Shown one piece after another: positions 51,142 to 64,000 of a DNA stretch of 64,000 bases. Every line of letters begins with the position of its first letter. Position 1 is the first letter of the stretch. A model generated the notes under the pieces. That model had not been told where the DNA came from and searched no databases. It worked only from the letters and a program-made list of their open reading frames with translations. The stretch is from Marsupella aquatica (lineage: Eukaryota; Plantae; Marchantiophyta): the NCBI GenBank assembly GCA_973895155.1, contig OZ316893.1, positions 682,860 through 746,859 on the forward strand, read 5' to 3'. Made by a program: the position numbers and the translations under genes.

Positions 51142-54100
51142 ATGCAAATTACCGATATGGAAGGCTTTAGGCAACACTCCACAACCAGGTCTGGTTAATT
51201 TTATATGCATGTCATTTTGCTGGATTATGATGTGAGCGAAGGATCTTGAATACATTCTCACCAAAAGACGCTCGATTTGCAGAGTTCATCCTTCATCTTC
51301 CGGTTTGATTGGTATTGGCATCAGCCATTGTTCTTGTGCAAGTCGTTCAGGTAGTACGACCGGAGGACGATTTCAACGTTGTGATTAGCTACTTTTAAAC
51401 AGAAACCCTTGTTTACCCACCACGGTGTGACATTTATGGTTGCATGAATTTCCTCCCATGATACTTCAGTCATGAAGACTTGACTTAATTTCAAGTTTGA
51501 TTTTCTTTCATCTCCAAGGACGCAAAGGGAGGAGGGGATTGTCACATTCATATGATATGCGTCTACTCTGGAAGGATTGTATAGAGCCAAGTCAGAGAAT
51601 GCTGGGGAGTCTTTATTTCTGAAGTGTAGAGAAGGGGGGCGGAGCGCTTTCACATTTATGTCATTTGTGCCTAATCGCAATGGATTCTATAGAGCCAATC
51701 TACAGATGTCGGGTAGGCTTTATTTCTGAATTATAGTGTCTTTTCAAAAACGGGATTCTGGTTTGTATATAGCATAGAAAGGACAGTGCACGCAACTTAC
51801 AAGTGAACGGCTGTCAAGGTGCCCTAAGAGTCTATCCTATACACAAACCAAGGATAACGTGAAGCTGCTTGAGGAAGTTTTTTAATGCCAATTCTATAGG
51901 CTCTGAACTCTGTCTTTCTATGGTCACAGTGAAATACTGGAGTACAAACGAGCTTATTGATACTTGAGCTATCTTGATATGCCTTCACAATTATTTCAGT
52001 ATTCTATTCTAAAATCATTGCATTCTTGACAGGTAGCCGTTACTCTCAGTTGGAAAAGAGTCATATAACTTTTGCAAGTTATCTGCACCAAAAATCACAG
52101 CAGAGCAACGGAGACAAGAAAATACATCTCTGGACGGAGGTAGGCATGCCGTAGAATTCGAGAGCCTTACCGGTCTGCTATCTAATTCCAAACACAGTCC
52201 TCAAGAAAGATAATTGGGAAACACAGTCCTCAAGAAATAAGTCCGAATTCGTGGCACCCCGTGGAATCTCCTGGATTTTATCGAGTACCAGATCTGATCG
52301 TGGGTTGTGGTGCTGACAGAGGAAGCCCAGAGCACTGGAATTCAATCATAAGATGACAAGGAAAGCACTTTGGGTTGATGGATGGTCAACTTCAGCATGG
52401 GTTAAGGCAAGGGCGAATTTAATGACTCATGACGGATTTCAATCTCGTCTTATTTATTGCACGAGCGATTGGTCTCAAGTCAATGCAAAAGGGAATGGCA
52501 GTAGGCATATGCAAGATGCTTGTACCACGAGTGAAATAATTGCTAATTTGAAAGATCGGCTAGAACGAGGCATTACTGTTGACTCGTACACACATGTTAA
52601 AGTTCTGCAAATGTGCTTGCAACAGAAAGATCTTTCAACAGCGAAGCACATTCATGATTACATCATCGAGAGTGGAATTGATAAGAATCCACATGTGGCA
52701 ATCACGCTCTTCAATGTGTATATCAAATGCGGAGGATTGTTGGATGCACGTAGAGTTTTCGATCAACTTCAGAACAAGAGTGTTATTACTTGGACCAACA
52801 TGATTGCAGGATATGCTAAGAGTGATCAAGTTCAATCTGCATTCAAACTTTTCTATCAAATGCGGCAAGAAGGCGTGCAGCCTAATGAGATTACATATCT
52901 GACCATCCTGAAAGTTTGTGCCAGCCCATTAGAATTAACATGCGGAAAAGAAATTCATGAGCGTATTCGACATGCCGGCTTTGAATCGGACGTGCGTGTA
53001 GGAACTGCCCTCCTACAGATGTACGCAAAATGTGGTTGCATCAGCGAGGCAAGGAAAGTTTTTGAAAAGTTGACCAATCGAAATGTCATTACATGGAATG
53101 TTATGATTGGAGCATATGCAGAACGTGGTGATGGTGTGGAAGCACATGACCTGTTTCTCCGTATGAGACGGGAAGGTTTAGAACCAGATGCATTCACTTA
53201 CGCGAGCATCCTGAATGCATCTGCTAGTGAGGGGGCTTTGGGATGGGTGAAGGACGTTCATGGGCAGGCTAGCAAAGCGGGAGTGGAGTCAGATTTGCGT
53301 GTAGGCAATGCACTGGTTCACATGTATGCAGAGTGTGGCAGCATAGATGATGCCCGACAAGTGTTTCACAAAATGGAGAAACGCGATGTAGTGACATGGA
53401 ACGTCATGATTGGTGGACTTGCACAACATGCATGTGGCCATGAAGCATATCGACTATTTCTCCAAATGAGGCTTGGTGGCTTCACACCAAATGCAATCAC
53501 TTATCTGAGCATCCTGAATGCATCTGCATGTGATGGGGCTCTGGAGTGGGTGAAGGAAGTTCATGGGCATGCGAGCAAAGGGGGACTGGAGTCGGATTTG
53601 CGTGTGGGCTCTGCTCTCGTTCACATGTATGCAGAGAGTGGCAGTATAGATGACGCCCGGCTGGTTTTTGACAGGATGGCGAGACGCGATGGAGTCACAT
53701 GGACTGTTATGATCGGTGGACTTGCACAACATGGACGTGGGCATGAAGCATATCGACTGTTTCTCCAAATGAGACTTGAAGGCTTCGAACCAGATGCAAT
53801 CACTTATTTGAGCATCCTGAATGCATCTGCAAGTGCTGGGGCTTTGGAGTGGGTGAAGGAGATTCATGGCCATGCTACGAAAGCGGGACTGGAGTCAGAT
53901 GTGCGTGTAGGCAATGCAATGGTTCACATGTATGCAGAGAGTGGCAGTATAGATGACGCCCGACTTGTTTTTGACAGAATGGAGAAACGCGATGTAGTCA
54001 CATGGAATGTAATGATCAGTGGACTTGCACAACATGGATGTGGGAATGAAGCCCTTCAAATCTTTAGAAAAATGATCGCAGATGGTGTGAAGCCCGACAG

Positions 54101-54917
54101 TTATTCATTCGTGGCGGTGTTGTCAGCCTGTTCTCACGGAGGCCTTGTTGATGGCGGCCGTAGACTTTTTTTAGCAATGACGCAAGATTATGGGATCAAG
54201 CCCAACATTGTGCATTGTACGTGCATGGTGGATCTTCTTGGGCGGGCTGGACATTTGGTGGAAGCAAAGCTCTTCATTAGTGACATGCCAGTGGATCCAG
54301 ATGAAGTAACTTGGAAAGCCCTGCTTGGGGCTTGTAGAACTTACGGTAATGTGGAGTTGGGCGAACTTGCCGCTAAAGAGCTTCTTAAGTTGGGTCCTAA
54401 TAATGCTTCTGCGTATGTGCTCCTCTCCAACATCTATGCTGCAGCTGGCAAATGGGAGAAGAAGTCTTTGGTACGTACCATGATGCAAAATAAACGTGTT
54501 TGGAAGGTGCCAGGACGTAGCTGGATTGAAGTTGACAATAAGATCCATGAATTTGTTGTGGGGGATAGATCTCACCCAGAAGCGAAGGCAATATATACTG
54601 AGCTCAATAAATTGACGGAAGAACTGAAGGCTGAAGGCTACATTCCGGATACCCGACTTGTGTTGCATGATATCAATGAGGAGGATAAAGAACTAGCTCT
54701 TTGCTCTCATAGTGAGAAGTTGGCTATTGCTTACGGACTTATGCACATACCTCAGGGGAAACCAATTCGGGTGTGGAAGAACCTTCGGGTGTGTTCAGAT
54801 TGCCATACCGCAACCAAGTTTATCACTAAGGTGACTGGGCGCGAGATTATAGCCAGGGATGCCAATCGCTTTCACCATTTTAAAGATGGCGCATGTTCGT
54901 GTGGGGATTACTGGTGA
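51142..54917 (+). CDS. PLS-class PPR-DYW protein copy 4 (17 PPR motifs + E1/E2 + DYW; ~939 aa; exons 51142-51188, 51283-51350, 52033-52139, 52320-54917)
   Basis: Intact ORF with HSEKLA, CSDCH and DYW. Upstream exons are in frame (MQITDMEGFRQHSTTR...); the first donor is a weak GTCTGG. Confidence 0.88.
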
Positions 54918-54968
54918 CCAGATTGAAAGTTGTGTTCGAAAGTGACACGAAAGCAGAACTCACTCATC

Positions 54969-56474
54969 AAATCTAGACTGAGATAGGTGATGTAGAATTC
55001 AGCAAATAATAAGTTGAGGTTGTTGTATGATGGGGCAAGGCTAGAGACAAGTTTGCACGTGGTATTTGCACGATGTGTTTTGGAGGCCTATGTGCCAGAA
55101 TGACGACGATTCTTTCGAACCTAGCGGAGGAGAAATGACTACTTGCTGAGAAGTTGCTTGCTGAAGCAGCTGCTGGAATACTTGCTAAAGCAGCTGCTGA
55201 AATACTAAATCAGAGGGCGATCAAGGATCCTATGATATCTGGCCTCTGGATTAGCACGGACTGCACAGTTCAGAAGCTGTTGCAGCCCTCAAAAGCCGGC
55301 TTGCAATAGCTGAAAACCGACTTGTGGAAGATCAAAGCCAGTCCATCGGAGGGAGGCGGACACGATCAGGATGTTCGTCTTGAACAGAGACAACAACTAG
55401 ACCCTAAACACAAGTTAATTCAAAGCTTGATTCCAGCATCCAAGCTCCTATCAGTGGTCACCGGTGAGCTAATGGAGATTACATATTGCCCTGTCACTAA
55501 TATGTATGCTAGTTGCTTCAGTGCTTCCATAGAATATTATATGTCAATTCGTGCAGGACACTATTTGATATAATTATGTCCTAGAAGTGCATACTGGAAT
55601 TCATCCCTGATGAGCTCTGACTTTCTCATGTAGCAGCTAGTTCACTGGCTCATACTACTAATATCTTTCCTTTCTCGTTCAGGAAAGTCATAACTAAGTG
55701 AATTGATTTGAAGTTGTGGGGGTCCTGGGGACCAGCGAAGTGCGGCTGAGCAGTTTCTCATCTGACTAGCACAGTGATTCGTTGGACGTGAGCTTAAGTC
55801 ACTGAGATCCATGCGAGTGACAATGTACGGCTGCGTGGGCTGTGATTCTGAGGATCGGAACGATCTGGACGTTGACCGGCTGTATCATCTGTATATATCC
55901 TTTAGGTTGAATTACATTGCGGTATGCTCTCTCAGTATTAAGTCTTCGGTGCGCAAATTGCGTTCAGGAGCATTTGCATGAGATCGACGAAGACTCGGGT
56001 TGACTTCAGAGCATTGGGATATGAATATGATACTTTTGACCAACTGGTCATTCTCACTCATTTCATCTACATTCGTAATTTCATTGGAAGGTACAGCAAA
56101 CTCGAGTACACTGATTGAAGGATCAAGCTTTCAGACAAGTGGATACAAATGCATCAGAAGTGAACGCATTTCATCTAGATTCGAAATTTGAATGGAAGAT
56201 CGATTCCACGATAAACATCAAATTCTGATAGCCCGTGCACACCCCGGATCAAGCCGGAGATAAAGAATTATGAATAATGTGGGCCAATGAATAGCTTGTG
56301 ACTGGTCTTTTATTCTAGAGAGCTTCAATGTATCAGAACTGCACTATGATCTTCACCATAATCGCCTTTTGCGGATGCCGAAATTTCCCGTCTACATATG
56401 ACCTTCAAAGGCCTTGAGAACATTCGTGACCATCTATACCGGTGCAAGCTCACCGAGCGCATTCCACAGAGCAG
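54969..56474. other. ~1.5-kb insertion in the 3' flank of PPR copy 4
   Basis: Homology to the copy-1 3' flank stops after CACTCATC (54968) and resumes at GTTCTGTTCCAATC (56475). Confidence 0.7.
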
Positions 56475-57987
56475 GTTCTGTTCCAATCTTTCCATTCGTC
56501 TTTCTGTTCCAATATCCCCATCTGTCTTGCCCAAGAAACGAGTGATGTCTGCCCAAGAAACGAGTGATGTCTGATGCTTTAATAGACAGATTGGCCAAAC
56601 AGAACCTATCCCTCTAACGTAATTTCACACTATGTCGAAGTCAAATAAAGACCAATTGTAAGCACATGTATTCTGTCAACTTTTCCAAGTTTCTGAAGTA
56701 CAGATGGGAGAGGGATACATGAGAAGAGAGCTAGCCACTCTTGGCTAGTGTCTGTTCAACTGCCATCAATTTCCCAAGGATTGCGAGAGTGGCAGGGGAT
56801 ACATGAGAAGAGATTTTTAGTTGAGGGTAGTTTAGTACCCTAAACTTATCTCTTCTGGCTCTCTTAGACTTATTGTATGTTGAGATTAAATTGGCATTTT
56901 GCTAGCAAGCCAAACAGGCTAAAGAGTCATATCCCTCTCCCTGTCAAAGGTCTTGGGTAACATCCCAAAAAGGCTCTATTGCATATCATGTTCTTTTTCT
57001 TGCACAAATTAAAAACCATCCACCACGCATCCTTAACATAGCAGAATATTGAAAGTTTTGTACTCATATTTTGCCCCCAGAGGCCCATCATCATCCCGTT
57101 ATGTCCCACCCCATCCACATACTTGTGGAATACCACTTATCTGAGGAATCCTAAAAGAAGGGAAAAAAATGATAAAATTGTAAGGGTTTAGGGTTTCAAG
57201 CTTTTGGGAGCCTTTCAATTGCATTTAAATACTTTGGTGACACACAAGGTACATCATGAATTTTTACAAAGATGTTCTCGAGTGGTGTCCAATTTTTTTA
57301 TATGGGACATCTTTAAGAGACCCTCAACCACTTGATAAAAGACCTCCTGAGAAGTGTTTAATAATACATTTTATGTATTTATCATCAAAAGTTCATGTTT
57401 ATTTGAAAGTCTTCCAGAATTTCAGTTCAGCTAGAAATTTGCAAGTATGATATTTGAAATATAATCTACTTGCTAACAAGGTTCTAGAATTTTTGGAATT
57501 GGTTCATTTGGTTTTTAATCAGGTCTATGTTAATTGATTGTTATATTTACATTTTACATCAAGTTTTAATTAGTTCTATTTTGGTTTACAAATTAGTTTT
57601 CTTTGGAGGATGAAGGGACATGTCTTTTCATCTTTCTTGTTACACCATCCTTGCTTGAGGTATTATATAAGGAACCATGATACACTATTTAGTTAAGTTA
57701 GTTCTTGCATAGATTGTCCCTATGATACCAAAGGAGAAATCCAATGCATTTGGGATTTTATTCCTAGCTAGGTAGTCAATAGGAGACTTCTATGGTTGAG
57801 TTACTTGAGGAACTTGACTTATGAAGTAAAAGCAATAGTTCCTAAATTCTTTGTGTAATATGATTGACGATAAAACAAATATAGGTCCGGGGGTTAACAC
57901 CGGCACAACTGGTCGGCAACGGATCAAGTCCTTGTCTGCCGACCGAGGAGGCCGTCGGCATAAGAGTCCGAGTCTTTGGTATACTCC

Positions 57988-58258
57988 TCTGTTGGGGAGA
58001 GTTACTAATTCGCCATCAAACATATGGAGAAAATTGCAAAATGATTGCAACCCTTTAGTGACAGATAAATGCTTCTCAGTGCATTGAAGGCGACCAAAAA
58101 CCCTAAAAGAGATATTTTGGATCTTTAAGGAAAGGGATGGAAGTGAAGCAAATTGTCACAGCTGGAGCTGTCGAATTTGGAGGCATATTTGGGTTGTCCA
58201 CGGTTTCGTCCATTGCAATAAAAGGTGTCCAGGCGGTTGTGGAAATAAAGAAGGTTTG
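57988..58258 (+). other. Duplicate of the 5' region and first coding exon of the DnaJ-type zinc-finger gene
   Basis: Homologous to 59727-59995. ATG 58137 to AAG|GT 58253/58254 is an open 39-codon exon. Confidence 0.75.
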
Positions 58259-59867
58259 GTCGAGTGCGCTTCGTGTTGCTCCGTCCTCGTCTCTGTCCTG
58301 GACGTAATGTTTTGGAAGCAGCGGAGGACAGGTCCTCGTGTGACCACCACTACAATGTCCATTACGATTGCTAGCAAACTTCATCTAATCAGATTTGCCA
58401 GTGGCGAGCCGAACGCGATCTGAACTGGCATACACAAGTTTTGTGTTGTGCTGTTTGTGGATGGTGGCTCAGGTAGCTAGCTCGTGTGTGTGCGCGGGCT
58501 CTCCATTTGCCTTTTTGCGGAACCTGAGCTGTTTCAGTGTTCGGCGATAGTATTGAGTGAAGTGTAGAACGAGAGAGTTAGGCAACGTGGGTTGTTGTTT
58601 GCTTCTTTAGAGTTCGTCGCTTGCGGTCGTCTTGGTCTTTTGTAGTTGTTTTGGAGGCACTTGTGGTGCTCGAGATGGACGTAAGGTTCGGAGACGAGAG
58701 AATGAAAAGCAATGTGGTCTACAAGTTTGTCGGCCGTGTTTTACAGTAAAGGCGGACCCGCTATGATTTACGTTTAAGCTCTTCATAATCCTTCCAAACT
58801 CAGGAAAAAAACGAAGCGGAGCTGTCCGGATTCTAGCTCATCAAGCATTGCTAGCTGCAAATCTATTGTCACAACGGGGCCCGTCGTATTTGGCGCCACT
58901 ATTCTATCCTACTCAATTCGATTGTAAAACATGAAGTAGTTTTCAGATTCGGTGACAACTCCGCTTACATTAAGTCCTACAACCAATTCTCACATCTACC
59001 ATCGACGCTGAGGATAACTCACACTGCCTAAAATAAGAACCCAAACAACGTTATGCGTGATGTCTATCGTCACTTCAAGGGTGCTCTTGACTTCGTTTTT
59101 CGTATGAATATTCGACCGTTTGCAAGCTTTCGGGTCTGGTGAAAACACTCTACTGATACGATCATGTCGCAACAGTAATGTCGCTATACCTGGTTATCTT
59201 GTTGTTGGTGGTGTTTGACCTAAATGTGTGGTGCAATCGTTTGTAACGAAGTAGTCCTGTTTGGGTATCTTTCTTATTGATGGCTTCCTATTTGCCCTAA
59301 CGTGGTACAGTTTGTTACGTTCTGGGTCAATTTCCGGGGTTGTGAAAGTCTCATTTGCTTGTGTTATTTCCTTGCTACGTTTTATTGATGGACTTGTTTC
59401 GTCCGGAACTCTGTTGGAGGTTGGTTGTTGATAGCGAAGGCAGGGTTTATGGTTGCTTGAAGCATGACGGGGTTTGGAGGGGCTCCACCTGTCTACAATA
59501 ACACGATTTGTCTGCAACCTCCCTCCCGGAAGTGATGAGGAGCTTTTAGCGGAACATTTTGGAGGGTTAGGTCTTCTCAAGGTGATTACTTTGAGGCAGT
59601 GCCATCCTCGCGGTGTAGGACGCATTAGTGTTCTGTTTTGTCCTGTGTGATCGGCATGTCCCCGTTTGAATTCTACTAGCAACAGACGTTCGCTATTTCG
59701 TTGGCTGTCCTGAATCCCTTTTTTGTGGCAGAGTTACTAATTCGCTATCAACGATATGGGAAAAATTGCATAATGATCGCAACCCTTTCGTGACAGGTAA
59801 ATACTTCTCAGAGCATTGAAGACAACCAAAAACCCGAAAAGAGATTTTTCTGGCCCAAAGGAAAGGG

Positions 59868-60573
59868 ATGGATAGACAGCTGAAGCTAATTGTCACAGCT
59901 GGCGCTGTCGTCTTTGGAGGCATATTTGGGTTGTCCATGGTTTCGTCCATTGCAATAAAAGGTGTCCAGACGGTGGCGGAAATAAAGAAGGTTTGTCCTC
60001 TCCCTTATAATATGTTCCTCTACGTTTGCGCCATATCACATTTGGTAATATATTGGAGTAGTACTTTTATCTTGGTGTCCTTTAATTATCTGAACCTGCA
60101 TGGCCTTGCGAATTTCACCGTTCCTTTGTGCAGCATCATATTCTTCCAAAGTAGTTTTTGATTATCGTTGGCTCTCTGCTACTTGCTTATTGCACCTTTG
60201 CAGAAAGCAACAGCACCACCTTGCACAGTCTGCAGAGGGAAAGGGTTCACATCATGCAAATTATGTCAAGAAAAATCCGTTATTTACTGGTCACCATTAT
60301 ATGATCCGGTGGTTCCTAGACCTTGTCTTTGCCCGACTTGTGATGGAAACAGGTAACAAAGCCTCGCTCTGGAAGCTTGGAAAATTTGCCTTCGACCTTC
60401 TGATGGCACATAAAGCTAGAATCTGAGAAGATTAATTGACTGTTTCCAGCGAAGAACATAAATTTTCAGATAAATTTGCTTGCTGCCATGTGTTGAATCG
60501 TAGCTCAAAGGACGTCGCCTCTTTTTGCAGGGTGCAACGGTGCTTAAACTGTATAGGCAGGGGCTACGCGTAA
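59868..60573 (+). CDS. Small DnaJ-type cysteine-rich zinc-finger protein (104 aa; exons 59868-59990, 60204-60352, 60531-60573)
   Basis: The spliced product MDRQLKLIVTAGAVVFGGIFGLSMVSS...CTVCRGKG..CKLC...WSPLYDP...CPTCDGNRVQRCLNCIGRGYA has four CxxC(xGxG) motifs and an N-terminal hydrophobic segment. Canonical GT-AG introns keep the frame. Confidence 0.88.
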
Positions 60574-63500
60574 GTTGCTTTTAAAGTTAGAGCAACAGGA
60601 TATTGTCATCATTTGCTCGGAACTAGAGTTTGAGAAGCAGTGTTTTTAATGAATTGGCCTGCTGTGTCATAGTATTGGAGAGCCCCGAAGGTTCTTAATC
60701 CTAATGGGTAGCTTACTTTATTATCTACAATGTCTCTGTTAGAGCTTAAGATTGAATTCCTTTGATGAAACTCAAGGATGATGCAATGCTTTTTTCTTTT
60801 GGTCGTTCGCATCATATCTTATTGAGAATTAAGTTTGCTGTCTCACATGTGAAAGCGCTTCACTTGCATAAAATCCTTTCATGTTTGAATATGCTTTATT
60901 GCAGCATTTCGTAGCCCTAGATGGGCACGCACTAAACTAGGCAGTGTCACCACATTGAAATGCGTGCAGTATTTTTTTTTGCTTGAGGTTCCATCAAATT
61001 TGTTGAGGTGTATATTAACATTCAATTTTTACCCCACACTCTAAATTGGAGAGCTCGCATCAGGTTGATTTCAGAACAAAAGCATGAAAGTTCTTTGAGA
61101 AACTTTTTGAAGGCTGTTTGAGGATCCAGAATCATCGACTGTAACGACCACCGTCAGGAAATAAAAATACAAAAAGCGATATCTACCTCTCTTGCCAAAC
61201 TGGTTTGCGTCCTGTCTCCACATCAATGGCAGAAGGACGCACTGAGATAAAGTGCCCAGTCAGTAAAAAAGAGACACCAATTGCAGGAGTCCTCGAAGCG
61301 AGCTCAAAACATGAATTCTCCTCTATTCTCTCCAATCTGATTAACATCAGATCACATGAGAGGTTTACCCGTTATCATTACACATCTACTATAGCCCAAA
61401 GGGAAATACTGTCTCAATGCCAGCACAATACAAGTATGGCAGGTCAGTGTGGAGAGGGGAGCAAGAGCACGTTAATTCATGGCAGTAAGCTCAAGGGATC
61501 ACAATAGGCTCGACAGACTGTACTTTGCTTACCGCGTCATTGTGTGAGCATTTGATGGATACTTTAAACGTGGAAATTAGTTTTGGGAAAGGATGGGTAC
61601 TAGTTCGTTGATTTGGGAATGTCTTACTTACAGAAATCTTAACCTACTCCTCTTACGGTATTGTGAGAAGGGGAGCAAGAAAGTAATGATCTGTCTTGAG
61701 AATTGGGGCAATAAATTAATGATATGCCTACTGTAGATAATGGCTATCTAAGAGGTGAGATGGTGAAAGAGGGTGTCTCATGCTTCCAATGAGTGGTTGA
61801 CCTTGCCACCCGACGCCCTCACCAATCCCAGCACTCACGTCTAAGTGCCTCTGGTACCTGAATGCCCCCACGGAATATCTCGAGTAAGCAACCTAGTGCC
61901 CCTTGCACTGCCATCGGCCCTTCCCATACAAAGCTGCACTTGCTCTCCAACACGATCGTTACTCAACCGTCCTCACGTTTGCACGAGCAACCAATGGCTC
62001 CGGTAAGTAATCCTTTAGGATCTAGATCTCCCAAGTTTAGTATCCTAACTCAAGTTCAACAGACATTGGTAAGTAGGTCAGTGATAGGTCCTCCCGATGT
62101 CATAAGCCGGAACCAGAATCGACACCCACTGTTCGTCCAGAACAACTCTTTTCTTGGGTGCAGCCCGGGTTTCCCCTCGTACTTATTTATCACCAACTGA
62201 TTGCCCTGCCCCCAGGACATGCTCATGGCCCAAGTAGCGTAACTTGTCCTAAAGCTTGTCCCAACACGTCGGGACCAGAATGGCCCCGACTATAACAACC
62301 AACTCTCATTTCTCACCCCACTAATGGTCTAGGGGCGAATTAAGTGCCCTTGGAACTCAACCTCCATGACTACTTGGCCTTGCCTCCCAACACAAGCTCC
62401 GTTGAGAGATTGAACGTGGCTTGGCTGCTATTTTGATATGATTTGGCAAGCGGGCGAGATAGCCCCCGCAAGCCCCGAGAACCTATGGAAACCCTAGACC
62501 CAGCTAAGCTTAGGAAGATGTAGCCCCCCTTGAGAGATTTTCAATGCATCCAAGACGTCTCCCAACAGACTTCCCAACGGACAGTTATCGTCGATTTGGT
62601 TTAACGTTTTCCCTAAGTGTCGCGACCGCCGCGGCTCACGACTTCGGCTCGCCCCCCAGCGAGACACCACTCCCCTCATATATGCTTTGGAGACCTGCCA
62701 CCCTAAATTTTGGCCTCTCACCTGGACCCCAACCCGCATGTCTGGGCGCGCTACCAATTGGCAATGCCTATAAATTTATAGTTAGGCGTTCGCAAGCGGA
62801 GTGCCTTAGCCCATTGTGATTGGCCCGACCTAGTGCTCATGGCTGGGCCCTGAGATCCCATTGTCGCCTAGGGCCCCCGATCGACCAAACCGGGATCGGG
62901 CCATAACTTGCGCCCCAAGCGTCCATTGCCCATGGAGTCAACTCCATTGGCCTTGGGCCCAAGAGGAGCTCTCACTCAAGCCCTCAGAACTCAAAGTCCA
63001 TTCGGGGGTCCGGACGGTCGACCTTGAGCCCGACCCTTTTCTCCTTGACCCGACCAGCCCTCAGCTAGTCTAAGTTTTTAGTGTGTCACTAGCTTAGCGC
63101 GTTGCCTTTGCCAGTGCCACGCCCTGTTGCCCACAAGTCTCCCCATGCTAAGTCCTCCCCGGATGGCCTATCTGGGTCTGGTCGACCATAAGGGAGCTCG
63201 ACATCGGAGTCAACGACATCGGAACTAAGTGTTAAGGTAGTCGAGTTCCGTGATTCAATGGCTATAGCTTTTTCACTAAGTTATGTAATTGACTGGCATG
63301 GTTTCCCTAGAGTCAACCAAATTAAATATTGCCATGCCCAATCATAGGTCTTGACTCTGGTAAACGGTCTTGACTCTGGTAAACCAAATTAAATATTATA
63401 TTTATAAGAATGTGAGAATTAGGGTCACACAAAAAGCAGAGTATCTAGATTGTTACTGGGATGTGCCGAACCATGTCAGTCATAGGTCTTTCCCTAAAGT

Positions 63501-64000
63501 CGCTTTCACCAGAGTTCAGAAAAGAACAAACTTAGCTATGGAGGAGTACCAGCTTTGTCCTGGAGGAAAGGAGAAAATAATTTACTTGGTATTTTCTTGG
63601 GTTACAATCTTGGCAAATCTTGAGGTTATTAAGGCTTAGTCTTCATAGGAGTGGTAAGTGTGCCTGTCATCCTCTCCATTTAAGTATAACTCTATTATTA
63701 ATAGTATCACAATTGTAAACTTACCCTAAACTGCTTTACACATCACAGGTGCCCACTTGAAATTTTGCAGCCAATGTTTTTGTCCATCTACCTTTTCTTA
63801 TATACTTTACTGCCACCTAGCCAAAACATGTGTTTATGGCCTATTTTAACAAAAACTAAATTTGATGTTGTGTCTGGAGTTAAACTTACTCTTTATTGAC
63901 GCATATATTCTTCTAGCCCACTGCCTTGAAAACAAAAACTTTGCGCTTGGCCTCAAAAGTTTCCTAGTAAAATCACACCTGCCCATTTAAAAACTCCAGG

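Noticed and set aside
55607-55640. CTGATGAG as a hammerhead ribozyme core (also at ~17844)
   Set aside because: No stem II followed by GAAA and no closing helices.
61800-63270. GC-richer segment as a degenerate gypsy gag/protease region
   Set aside because: Only vague resemblance; no intact catalytic motif, LTR or PBS found.

Overview
Eukaryotic plant nuclear DNA. A moss/bryophyte host is an inference from the PPR type and transposon content. The core of the window is a local cluster of four paralogous PLS-class PPR-DYW genes (organellar C-to-U RNA editing factor type): copy 1 (+, 21197-25464), copy 2 (-, 30384-33862), copy 3 (+, 44245-47631, pseudogene) and copy 4 (+, 51142-54917). Each was duplicated with about 1.6 kb of upstream DNA. 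Comparing the copies reveals three small GT-AG coding exons upstream of the long ORF that the ORF track misses. The PPR arrays are built from unusually similar 303-bp P-L-S triplets whose number (23/14/14/17 motifs) and RNA-specifying residues differ between copies. Around the cluster are a Bianca-like Ty1/copia element (identical 110-bp LTRs, AATAT TSD, half-tRNA-Ile PBS, broken gag-pol), a truncated RLE-type (CRE-like) non-LTR retrotransposon, a solo LTR with TSD, degenerate transposon-type ORFs and several tandem repeats including a ~185-bp array. There is also a three-exon DnaJ-type zinc-finger gene whose first exon has an in-frame upstream duplicate. All splice models are inferred from sequence and paralog comparison only.
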